Shown: positions 53,700 to 64,000 of the stretch, piece by piece
Position numbering within the stretch: the stretch's first letter is position 1
Layout of the letters: each line of letters starts with the position of its first letter
Assembly: GCA_038087875.1 (NCBI GenBank)
Contig: CM075989.1
Location: 16,122,001 to 16,186,000, forward strand
Direction: 5' to 3'
DNA: 64,000 nucleotides
Source of the DNA: Malacoraja senta
Lineage: Eukaryota
Program-made: the position numbers and the translations under genes
The notes under the pieces: generated by a model
What the model was told of the DNA's origin: nothing
Databases searched by the model: none
What the model saw: the letters and a program-made list of their open reading frames with translations, nothing else

Positions 53700-54180
53700 G
53701 GAAGGAGTCAAAGGGTTGTTGGAGAGGGTTGCTTTTCTATTTGGAGGAGTATCACCAGTGGAGTGCCACAGGGGTCAGTGCTGGGTTCACTGCTGTCGTT
53801 TAACATTGTTGGTAAATTTGCAGAAAGCAACAGAATAAGTGTTATAGTACACAGCAAGGAAGAATATCCAAGTTTACAACAAACAAGATCCAAATCAGTT
53901 GAGAAGATGGTCCAAGGAATGGCAAATAGAACTTGATTCTGACGAGTCTTTCATGCACATTCTCCCTGTGACCATGTGGGTTTCCTTCAGGTACTTTGGT
54001 TTCCTCCCACATTCCAAGATGTGCAGGCTTGTAGGTTAATTGGCCTGTAAATTTCCCCTAGTGTAATGGGAGTGGATGCAAAATTGGGATAACATAGAAC
54101 TAGTGCGAATGGATGATCGATGGTCAGCATGAGCTCCGTGGGCCGAAGAACCCATTTCCATGCTGTCTCTCCAAACTAAA
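53700..54180 (+). mobile_element. CR1 RT remnant (about 53700-53940) followed by a 5'-truncated V-SINE (about 53955-54180)
   Basis: WRSITSGVPQGSVLGSLL; V-domain tttcctcccacattccaagatgtgc. Confidence 0.7.
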
Positions 54181-55634
54181 ACATGACATCTGAATTATTA
54201 GGTTTTTCTACCATAAATTGTGATCAGACGCTTTGCCATTCCCACAATTAGATTTGACAATACCCCAAATAGTCTTAGCTATTTGTGATCTCTGACATTT
54301 CAGACTCTTTCTAAACCCAGAGGAACACATTGACTAACCAGACCAGCTAAAAATGCCACAAAACAGCACCCAAAAACTAAATTCCAAGTTTGCAACTTTA
54401 GTGAAAGTTGCAAATCAAATATGAATTGATTTAATTGCATTATTGCAGCAGACAGTTTTGATAACCAATTACAGCAAACAATGTACAACAAAAATCTCCA
54501 AGCCTGGTCATGGCAGACAATTCGATCAGAGGCCCACAAAGACTGCAGACAGTTCATTAACCGTGCAGCAGAATCTCATCCTCACCACACAAGTTGACAA
54601 TATGAATAATTTCTGAGATTTACACAGCTGACCAAGTCCTGAACCAGGTTCTCGCCACGTCAATGGTACTGTAACTCCGCCACTAAAATAGCCCAGTGTC
54701 GCAGCGACCAGCTTCTACAATTCCCCAAGAAATTGGCAACTGCCTGCTGAACCTGTGTACAAGGTTCAATCTAGTGGGATTCATTGAATCCATTCAATGC
54801 AAGAGAAATAAATAGCTGGGTGGTAGAAGGCAAACTTTGCAATTTTCTACAAGTTGATTTTATCCAAAAACTTAAGCATTATCACATTTTCACTGTATTT
54901 TCCATTACTTCACATAAACGTTTTCGGTATCCTAAACTCCAGCCGTTTTAACAGCAAGCAAGTCTCGGCTGTGGACTAACTGCGTGGTAAAACATTTCAG
55001 GGAATGGGGCAGCATTACGACAGCAAGATCTACATTGTTCACGAACTGGCTTCGGTAACTTACTTCAGCTAAATGCGGGAGTGGAGCTTCAAGCACAGGC
55101 AGCTCAGCGAACCAGAGCCACCAAAATTATTATTTTATAGTGGAAGTGCTGAAACCCATTTATTTTTAATGCCAGCTTTGTTTGACGGCACGAGTAATTG
55201 CATCCCATCCGTCGGTTCTGCAACTCCTCCCAAACCCCTGGCGTGCGCACCTTTGTACAGAGGTGGTCTAACAGGAATGTACTGTGGAACACAAGTCAAG
55301 CAAAAAACTTGGAAATATGCAGCAGTAACCAAAGCATTTCTCTCCAGCTATTGCTACCTGCAAAGCCACAATTTAGCTTACTGTGCAAACTCAATTAGGA
55401 AGCATGATACTTCTGCAAATAGCATTACAAGTCTATTAGCATGCAATTGAAACTCCAGCATATTTCATCCAGGATACAATGGTGGCAAGCCTGATGGAAA
55501 ATGTTGCTCAAACCCTTAGCTGCTAATATTTTATTTTGATAATCAATGACAGTAAGTGTTTTGTCTATTTTTTAAAAAGGGCTATTTGTTCAATTTCTAT
55601 TATTTTCTGTAAATGGCTAGACCTTTAGTATTCA

Positions 55635-56023
55635 CTAGACCAAGTGGGACCCGTTGGGCCCCGTCCCCCAAACGCGGTGGGGGGGAGCAGCGTCACACGG
55701 GAGGGCTGGTCCCCGAATGCGGTGTCGGCGCTCGCCCCGGAGACAGGCACCCCCCGGAGCCAATGACCCCCATCACCCGTTCCCCCAACGTAATCCTTTT
55801 GCCCAACGCAATATTCCACCACTCACCCATAGCCCCAACTGCGCAGGCGCAGCTCATTTCCTCATCCCCCAACACTCCCTCCCCCTCCTCTTACACCCTC
55901 CCTCTTCTCTCCCCTCACCTCCTCCCCTCCTCTACCTCTCCCTCCCTCTCCCTACCCTCAGTTACTCCCCACCCTCAGTTACTCCCTCCCACCAGACAGA
56001 CAAGACTTTTAATAGTATATAGA
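55635..56023 (-). mobile_element. Non-autonomous Helitron (389 bp)
   Basis: Minus strand: A|TCtatatactattaaaagtc...GGGCCC-aac-GGGTCC-cacttggt-CTAG|T. 5' TC, 3' CTRR, GC hairpin 8 nt before the terminal CTAG, A|T insertion, no TSD. Confidence 0.82.
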
Positions 56024-56069
56024 TATAGAGGGATTTGGGGGTTCAAGTCCACAGGTCTGCAAAATGTGG

Positions 56070-56650
56070 CACCACCACATGCTTTTGTCAATTGGGGCGA
56101 TGAGTTTAATAGTTGAGAACTCAGCTGAATAAATCTTTGGTAGGGTCACATGTGGAGTATTGTGTGCAATTCAGGTTGCTGAATTACAGAAATGCTTTGT
56201 TACAGGAGGCTTTGGAAAGGGGGCGGAAGAGGTTCACAAGAACAGCGCCTGCATTAGCTGTAAAGAAGATATTGGACAAATTGAGATTGTTTTCTCTGGA
56301 GTGAATGTTGAGTGGTGACCTGATATATGCAGGCAAAATTATGAGGGGCATAGATAAGGTAGATAATCAGAATCTGTTTACCCCCTCAGAAAGGAAATAT
56401 CAAACATTAGAGGCCATAGCTTTAAAGGTGAGGTGGTGTGGGGTGGATTAAAAGGAGATTCAGAGGGCAAGTTTTTTTTGTAATAGATGCCTGTATGACT
56501 CTTTGGGAGGAGTGGAAGTAGATATGTGGGCAGCATTTGGCCAGGCAGACGAATAGACTAGCAATGGAGGGATATAGACCGTTTGCAGGCAGATGGGATT
56601 AGTTTAAATTGGCACCATGATTGGCACAGACGCTGTGTGCTGTGAGCTGT
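56070..56650 (+). mobile_element. Degraded CR1 3' fragment
   Basis: LVGSHVEYCVQF...ALERGRKRFTR...LDKLRLFSLE. Confidence 0.75.
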
Positions 56651-57089
56651 TTCATTTCCTGCTTTGAAAGAAAAGGTTCATTTTGAGCTCACACGAAGTG
56701 TTACACAAACCTTTGCTATCATTTTTCTTCAGCAAGGTACTTTCACAGGTATAGCCATTAACAGTGCCAGGATACCATAAAACAGGCAATGAAGATGAAG
56801 GGCAATGCCAAGGATGCAGGCTATGATAGAAGCAATGAAAGTTTCAAAGCATGAAAGTGCTTGTAAAAGGCGGTTTCATGAAATGTGAAAATAGTATTAA
56901 CGCAATGATTTATTTTGCTATTCCCTCCAAAGCCAAGAGGGATTACAAATATAAAATGCAATGTAAAAGGCCTAATAAAAAAAAATAGGTTTAGATCCTT
57001 ACAATAGTTTAGGATTCAAAAATGGAATTGCATGATGCATTTTATTTTATCTGGGAATAATCTTGAAGCAGAGTAAAGACGTGAATGAA

Positions 57090-57990
57090 ATAAGACATCT
57101 TAATGATTTGATTGAATTTATGGAGGTGATGAAAGTGATTGATGAGGGTTTCAGTGAGTCATTTGATCAAGTCACTCACAGTCGGCTGATCCAAAAGATT
57201 ACGATGCATGGGATCCACGGTGACTTGGTCATTCAGATTCAGAACTGGCTTAGCCAGAGCGTAGTGGTGGAAGGGCACTATTCCAGCTGGAGACCTGATG
57301 TGTACTGTCAAATGTGACATGTTGCATTTTAGGAGGTCCAATGTAAGAGATACAAGACAACGCATTGATATACAGAGGAATATTGGAGTCCAAGTCCATA
57401 GCTCCCTGATAGTGGCAACACAAGTAGGCAGAATGATATGCTTCCTTCATCAGTTGCATATAAATGTCAGGAAGTCATGTTGCAGCTTTGTTTAGGACAT
57501 ATCTGGAGTACTGTCTGCAGTTCTGGTCACCCCATTACAAGAAGGATGTGAAGGCTTTGGAGATGGTGCAGGAGGTTATCAAAATGCATCCTGGATTAGA
57601 GGCTATTAGCTACAAAGAGAGGCTGAACAGACGTATTACTTTCTCTGGAACCCTAGATGTTGATAGGGTACACAGTCTGAACCTTTTTCCCCAGAGGGGT
57701 AATGTCAAGGGCTACAGGACATAGTTTTCAAGTGTGAGGGGAAATGTTTAAAAGGTGTAGGGCAAGTTCCCCACCCCCCCCTGCAAGATTGTCGGATGCC
57801 CAAAACGCATGGCTGGGGTAGTAGTGGAAGCAAATACAACAGTGACATTTAAGTGTCTTTGAGATAAGCACATGAATATGCAAGAAATGGAGGGATATCA
57901 TGTGCAGTCAGAGATTAGTTTAACTTGGCACCATGTTAGGCACAGACGTTTGGGCCAGAGGGCATGTTACTGTGTTGCACTGTTCCATGG
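57090..57990 (+). mobile_element. Degraded CR1 RT/3' fragment
   Basis: FDQVTHSRLIQKI.MHGIHG and LEYCLQFWSPHYKKDVKALEMVQ. Confidence 0.8.
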
Positions 57991-58084
57991 AAGTCAAGAG
58001 CAGCACAGAAAAAACAAGAAGAGGGCAATTAAGTGCACCAGAAAACACAGGTTCCACATATCCCAACACGAACATAAGCCAAAA

Positions 58085-58395
58085 GGGCGGTCACGGTGGC
58101 ACAGCGGTAGAGTTGCTGCCTTACAGCGAATGCAGCGCCAGAGACCCGGGTTCAATCCCGACTACGGGTGCTGTCTGTACGGAGTTTGTGCGTTCTACCC
58201 GTGACCTGCGTGGGTTTTCTCCGAGATCTTCGGTTTCCTCCCACACTCCAAATGCGTACAGGTTAATTGGCTTGGTAAATGTAAAAATTGTCCCTAGTGG
58301 GTGTAGGATAGTGTTAATGTGCAGGGATCGCTGGTCGGCGCAGACCCGGTGGGCCGAAGGGCCTGTTTTCGCGCTGTATCTCTAAACTAAACTAA
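58085..58395 (+). mobile_element. V-SINE (HE1-like), near full length
   Basis: gggcggtcacggtggcacagcggtagag head, V-domain and (ctaaa)n tail. Confidence 0.88.
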
Positions 58396-58857
58396 AAATG
58401 GGCACACAGTAAGAGAGAGAATGATAGAAGCCACACAGGCATGATGAGGCCAGTGCAACATGAAACCTGAATATCTGATTTTTGCGCTTATGACAAGAAA
58501 TAATGCTTTGTGTGATCAAAGAATTAATAGACTGAAATTTATGCCAACTGCAAGGAATAAAGGGAATGTATTGGGCTGAGGTTTTGTATATAAAACTAAA
58601 CAAACAAAGCAATAAATAAATTTATGCTTTTTTCACCCAAAGATTGCAGTAAATTCAATGAAAGTGGCGAGGAAGGTAATTATGGCTATAATTCTATTCA
58701 CTTTGAATCAAATTAATTTTCAAAAGTTACTTTTGTGCACCTGGAACTGTCCAAACTATTTTCATTTACCAACAAGGCAGTTGACAGAAGAGTTGAATCC
58801 CACGAGCACAAATCTCATGGCTGACTCTCCAGTGCAATACCAAGGATCATTGGATTG

Positions 58858-59637
58858 ATGAGAGACACCATGTTTAACCGATCGCAACAACCTGGAGCTC
58901 AATGCTCTTAAGACAGTGAAATTTATAGTAGACCTTAGGAGAGCTCCCCCTCCCCTCACTCACCATCAACACCAGTCACATCTGTGGAGTCGTTTAAGTT
59001 CCTGGGAACCATCATCTCCAAGGACCTTAAATGGGGGGCTACCATCGACTCCACAGTCAAAAAAGCACAACAGAGGATGTACTTCCTGCGGCAGCTGAGG
59101 AAGCACAATGATGGTCCAATTCTATACGGCCGTCGTAGAGTCTGTCCCCGCCTTCTCCATCATGGTCTGGTTTGGCTCAGCCACCAAGCACGACATCCGA
59201 AGGCTGCAACGCATCGTGCAATCAGCTGAAAAGGTTATTGACTTCAACCTTCCCTCCATTGAAGAACTGTACACTGCAAGGGCCAGGAAGCGAGCGGGTA
59301 AGATCATCTCTGACCCCTCTCACCCTGGCCACAAACTCTTTGAATCACTTCCCTCTGGAAGGCCACTCTGAACTGTCAAAGCTGCCACAGCCAGACATAA
59401 AAACAGCTTTTTTCCACACGAGTAGTAGCTCTACTCAATAACCAAAAATCTGTAGCCTCCCTTTGCTCTGGTATTTTATTTAATTCACATGTTTAATCAA
59501 TAATGTTTTATTATAAATGTTTAATGTTTTAGGTGTCATTCCTAACTGTCATTATGTCATGTTGTCACTTGCGGGCAGAGCACCAAGGCAAATTCCTTGT
59601 ATGTGAATACTTGGCCAATAAACTTATTCATTCATTC
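58858..59637 (+). mobile_element. 5'-truncated Rex1/Babar-type LINE
   Basis: ESFKFLGTIISKDLKW...KKAQQRMYFLRQLRK, MVQFYTAVVES and DPSHPGHKLFESLPSGR; aataaac followed by (attc)n tail. Confidence 0.9.
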
Positions 59638-61121
59638 AAGTCTCTCAAGACAAGACATTTACCCAAGGACAAATATGCACCACCGATGAAAAGTCAATTA
59701 AAAAATACAGACTAATTATCCCTCAGTAAAGGAAAATATGTGACCATCAATCCAGAAAGGCAAATGATCTACTCATGACAATAATTCGGTTTGAGCGATC
59801 TGCTGTGCACATTGGTTTCTATATTCATTACAAGAATGACAACACATCCAAGATATTTCATGAGCCATTGAAAACTATGGTGTGTTCTGATGACAGTAAA
59901 GGTACTATATTTCTATCATTCAGAATTTAATTGCAACAGAGGGGAAAAAAACACATTATTCCCCATCATTCCCTAGTTAGAAAATAATCAATGCAGTAAC
60001 TATTAATTTAATGCTCAAGGCATAATGGATTAAATGGCCAAGCCATTTTGCTGAAGTACCTGCATTTTTGTAGCTTCAATTGTCACTGGCCACATCCTAA
60101 GCAAACAACACATTGCCTGTATTTAGTAGTCTTATTACCCAATACAAAGATGTACAGCAGTTTGCATTGTGACATCCAATGCCATGCTCATTTGGATCCA
60201 TGCTTTGCATTTCCCAAAGTGGGGAAGGCAGCCTACCACAAGATAATAAACTCGTTTTTTACCTCAAATGATGTCAGTGACATTCACTCGAAGCCACAAA
60301 ACATTAGGGAAAAAATGTGCACAATTAGATCCTGATAAAGCTTCCCTTGCAATCCAGTTTACAATTAAATGCATGGCTCAAAAATTATGAGGCTAATTTT
60401 CTCTGCCTTTCTCACCAATTGCTCTTTCTATTCAAAACACATGTAGTCTGTATTCAACAAGCACAAAAATTATAACCTCTTTATCTGAGGGTTCAGGATC
60501 AGCTAATTGAGCAGCTGATCAAATTTATAACAATTCTCAAAGGCAAAGATTCTCAGGCAGTTACCATCTGTTGAATTCAAATGAAAATTACACCATGCCA
60601 AATCCGTGTGAAGAACGATCAGCAGAGTTCATTAACGGCTCCACGAGCAATGCCCTTCGTCTAGTCCCAACCATTGAGTTGAATTAACGTTCAGAGACAG
60701 CTGGTGTGTTGCATGGATTTAACCATCAGCCCCTCCTCTCTACCGCCCACACACCCAATCCCATTTAAACTTCGCCACAACACTTAGTGTCAATAAATCC
60801 AATACCATGTAGGCTAGTTAAATTCTTTAAAAACAGTATCTTGTGTTTGCATATTATATATTAAAATTATATTGAGACTGTGCCTTGCCAGGTAATATTT
60901 ATTATATTTTGCCATTATTTAGAGGGCACAAAATATGCCAAAACTCAGATTCGAATAGCCAACAACTTGCATGTTTTCATCAGTGCTTTTGTTACCAATG
61001 CAATACAAGAAAATGCCACTGGAACGTACCATCCATTTGAAAAACTCGAATTAATATCACAGATGGAGAATTTTAGGAGCCATGTGGCTATATAAATATT
61101 TTTATTAAAACTAGTATTTTT

Positions 61122-62118
61122 ATTAGAGATACAGCACTGGAAACATGCCCTTCGGCCCACCGAGTCAGTACCGACCAGCGATTGCCACACATTAATATTA
61201 TCTTATACGCATGCTAGGGACAATTTACGCTTATACCAAGCCAATTAACCTACATATTCTTCCCTTCCCACCCGCACCACCCCCTCCCCGGGCACTTTCC
61301 CTTTCAACCGCAAGAGATGCTACACGTGTCGCTTTACCTCCCCCCTCTACTCCATTCAAGGACCCAAGCAGTCGTTCCAGGTGCGACAGAGGTTCACCTG
61401 CATCTCCTCCAACCTCATCTATTGCATCCGCTGCTCTAGATGTCAGCTGATCTACATCGGTGAGACCAAGCGCAGGCTTGGCGATCGTTTCGCCGAACAC
61501 CTCCGCTTGGTCCACATTAACCAACCTGATCTCCCTGTGGCTCAGCACTTCACTTCCCCTCCCATTCCAAATCCAACCATTCTGTCCTGGGCCTCCTCCA
61601 TTGCCAGAGTGAGTACCACCGGAAACTGGAGGAGCAGCACCTCATATTCCGCTTGCGCAGTCTGCATCCCGGTGGCCTGAACATTGACTTCTCCAATTTC
61701 TGGTAGCCCTTGCTGTCTCCTCCCCTTCTCAGCTCTCCCTCTTCCCTCTGGCTCCTCCTCTTCCTTTCTTCTTCCTGCCCCCCCCCCCACCCTGCATCAG
61801 TCTGAAGAAGGGTTTCGGCCCAAAACGTTGCCTATTTCCTTTGCTCCATAGATGGTGCCGCACCCGCTGAGTTTCTCCAGCATTTTTGTCTACCTTCGAT
61901 TTTCCAACATCTGCAGTTCCTTCTTGAACATTTAACCTACAAACCTGTATGTCTTTGGAGTGTGAGAGGAAACCGATGATCTTGGAGAAAACCCACGCGG
62001 TCACGCGGAGAATGTACAAACTCCGTACAGACAGCACCCGTAGTCGGGATCGAACTCGGGTTTCTGGCGCTGCAAGCACTGTAACGCAGCAACTCTACTG
62101 CTGCGCCAATGTGCCGCC
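61122..62118 (-). mobile_element. V-SINE split by a Penelope insertion (pieces about 61122-61254 and 61932-62118)
   Basis: The SINE sequence resumes after a duplicated ttaacctaca (61245-61254 / 61932-61941). Confidence 0.85.
61255..61931 (+). mobile_element. 5'-truncated Penelope-like element: GIY-YIG endonuclease end plus hammerhead-bearing tail, 10-bp TSD
   Basis: RQRFTCISSNLIYCIRCSRCQLIYIGETKRRLGDRFAEHLR; ctgaagaagggtttcggcccaaaacgttg at about 61802-61830. Confidence 0.9.
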
Positions 62119-63014
62119 CACACCACAAAGGCTGCCTCAATTGTTGGGGACCCTAAGCTCGAATGATTCGGCTTCAGTCTCTAAAATAACTCAGACCTGC
62201 ACTTCACAGCTTTCACTCGTCTTGTTTCCTTTATCAACATGCCCTCATTAATCTATCCACTAGACTGGCTTGTGAACATCATATCCTCCCAATAACTCTA
62301 ACCTAAATTTATCAGAAATATTCCCTTTGTATCCCTCACCTTCTCTGCAACTTAAAACTAGTTTAACTTAAAACACTTTTTCCAGTTTTGATGAAATGTC
62401 ACTGATTCTCTTTCCATGGCTGTTCTCTGAGGTGCTGAGTGTTTCTAATATTCACCATTTTAATTTCATCCTGGAATTTTTTTATGACAGATTGTCATAT
62501 GCATTTAAAAAAAAGCCATAATAAACACTTAACACCAATAGTTTCCACGGATGGTATCAAGTATTTACTTTTTGATCGAAGTCGCTTTCCAAGTATTCAG
62601 CCATAAATACTAATTGAATAGCTGTACATGTCTGGCATTTTACTTTTAATTTCCTCATTTACTGTTTCTTAGCAATTGATTAAGTAGAACAAATCAATGT
62701 TAATTTAGTATTAGTGCGATCATACATATTGAATGGATACCGCATCAATTGAAGGTTTACTCTAAAAACATTTAAAGAATTAGTACACTGAGGAAAAACC
62801 ATCAGTATGGCTAATGAGTTACACAGTGTAGCTTAAAAATTGTTTGATTACTTTATCAATACCTCTGGGTTCAAGATTTCAATTTAAACATGGATAAAGT
62901 ATATTGTAGATTCTCAAGAGAAACAGATTTTCAATAATTTGTTGACTCCTGACATTTCTGCAACATTTGTAAAAAGTTTAGATTTGCAAAGGAGTGAAAA
63001 GATATTCTAGATTA

Positions 63015-64000
63015 TCTAAATGTTACTAAAATTGTGTGTGTAGGCGTGAGTGCGTGACGTTTCAAAACTCCGCCAAAACGGTACACGATAGCGCTACAAT
63101 TTTTGGCCCACCTTACTCACCATTATCCTGGGATGTAAAACGGACAAGTTTTGTTATGATTGATGTTTTATTTTAAAGGTTATTGACATTTTAAACTTTA
63201 CAAAAGGCACTTTAACACTTTTCCACTTGCCCTTACCATCAGCCGCGTCATAATGAAGTCACAATGGGACCCCGAATCTTATTTACATAAAAAATCTTGA
63301 TTTTTAAAAAATCCGTCTTAATCAAATCTTCCGTTTTCATTAACAGCTAACATTGTGTTTAGGTTTCTAAAAGAAAAAATGCAATATTTAAATGCAATAG
63401 CGATTTTCATTGTGGGGGGGGGGGGAGCTTTAAAAAAAAACACCACGATTTTTATTGTGGGGTGGGATGGGGAAAGGTGAGGAGTGGGGAAGCAGGGGGA
63501 TAGAGGAGGAGGAGGGGGAGGGAGGGGAGAGGGGTTATGGAGGGAGGGAGGGACTGAGGGTATCCGTGTGTGCGGATTTTAAATTAACTGAAAGTCTCCC
63601 CGCGCATGCGCAGTGGGCCCGGTATCCGCGCGTGCGGGATTTGAAATGGCCATGGTGCTGAGGCTGGAGCGAGGTCTGGGGACGACGGCGTCCGGGCCCG
63701 CAGGGAGGGCGAGGAGTGGGACCTGGGGCAATGACTAAGCCGCAGCATCGGCATCCCGCCGGCTCCAGGCCGCTCGGCCCGGCCCCCCGACAGCCACCGC
63801 CTCAAGTACGGGATTTGAAATGACAGCGGCCCTGAGGCTGGGACTAGGTCTGGCAGCAGTGGCGTTGCTGCTCCGAGCCCGCGGGGAGGGAGAGGAGCAG
63901 GACCCAGGGCAAGGACTAGGCCGCAGCCTCGGCTTCTCCCTCCCCCGGCTGCAGTCCACTTGGCCCGTCCCCCCCGACAGCCCCCACCTCAAGTACAATT
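63015..64000 (+). mobile_element. Probable Helitron-like element (5' part, runs off the window end) with GC-rich tandem repeats
   Basis: A|TCtaaatgttactaaaa resembles the 5' end of the 55635-56023 Helitron; both have a G-rich tract followed by gcgc(a/c)tgcgcagt. The 3' end is not visible. Confidence 0.5.
63635..63995. repeat. Two diverged tandem GC-rich units (63635-63808, 63809-63995)
   Basis: Both begin cgggatttgaaatg and end ccccccgacagcc...cctcaagta. Confidence 0.85.

Noticed and set aside
63560..64000. ADAM10 promoter CpG island
   Set aside because: No signal-peptide exon or exon 2 is seen, and the GC-rich DNA is a tandem repeat inside a probable mobile element.

Overview
Vertebrate genomic DNA. 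The repeat complement (HE1-like V-SINEs, CR1/HER1-like LINEs, Deu-domain SINEs, Penelope-like elements) points to a cartilaginous fish, probably a skate or ray; this is an inference. The window lies inside an ADAM10 gene on the minus strand. Six coding exons, matching human exons 3-8, are at 37880-37998, 31355-31513, 11027-11130, 7846-8007, 6513-6605 and 5113-5296. All have GT/AG splice sites and compatible phases; exons 1-2 and 9 onward were not found. The most notable oddity is in exon 6: it stays open in frame, but a compensated +1/-1 frameshift (7900-7962) hides the ancestral furin-site peptide IILRKRRASPEEKNTCQLFIQ in the +1 frame. The introns are rich in mobile elements: a young 5'-truncated CR1 with an uninterrupted ~840-codon ORF, Rex1-type LINEs, many Penelope-derived pieces carrying minimal hammerhead-ribozyme cores (several as fold-back elements with TSDs), a hAT-type MITE with an 8-bp TSD, a canonical non-autonomous Helitron plus a probable second one, and a GC-rich non-autonomous retroposon family with internal tandem repeats. 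Repeat boundaries are approximate unless TSDs or termini are given.
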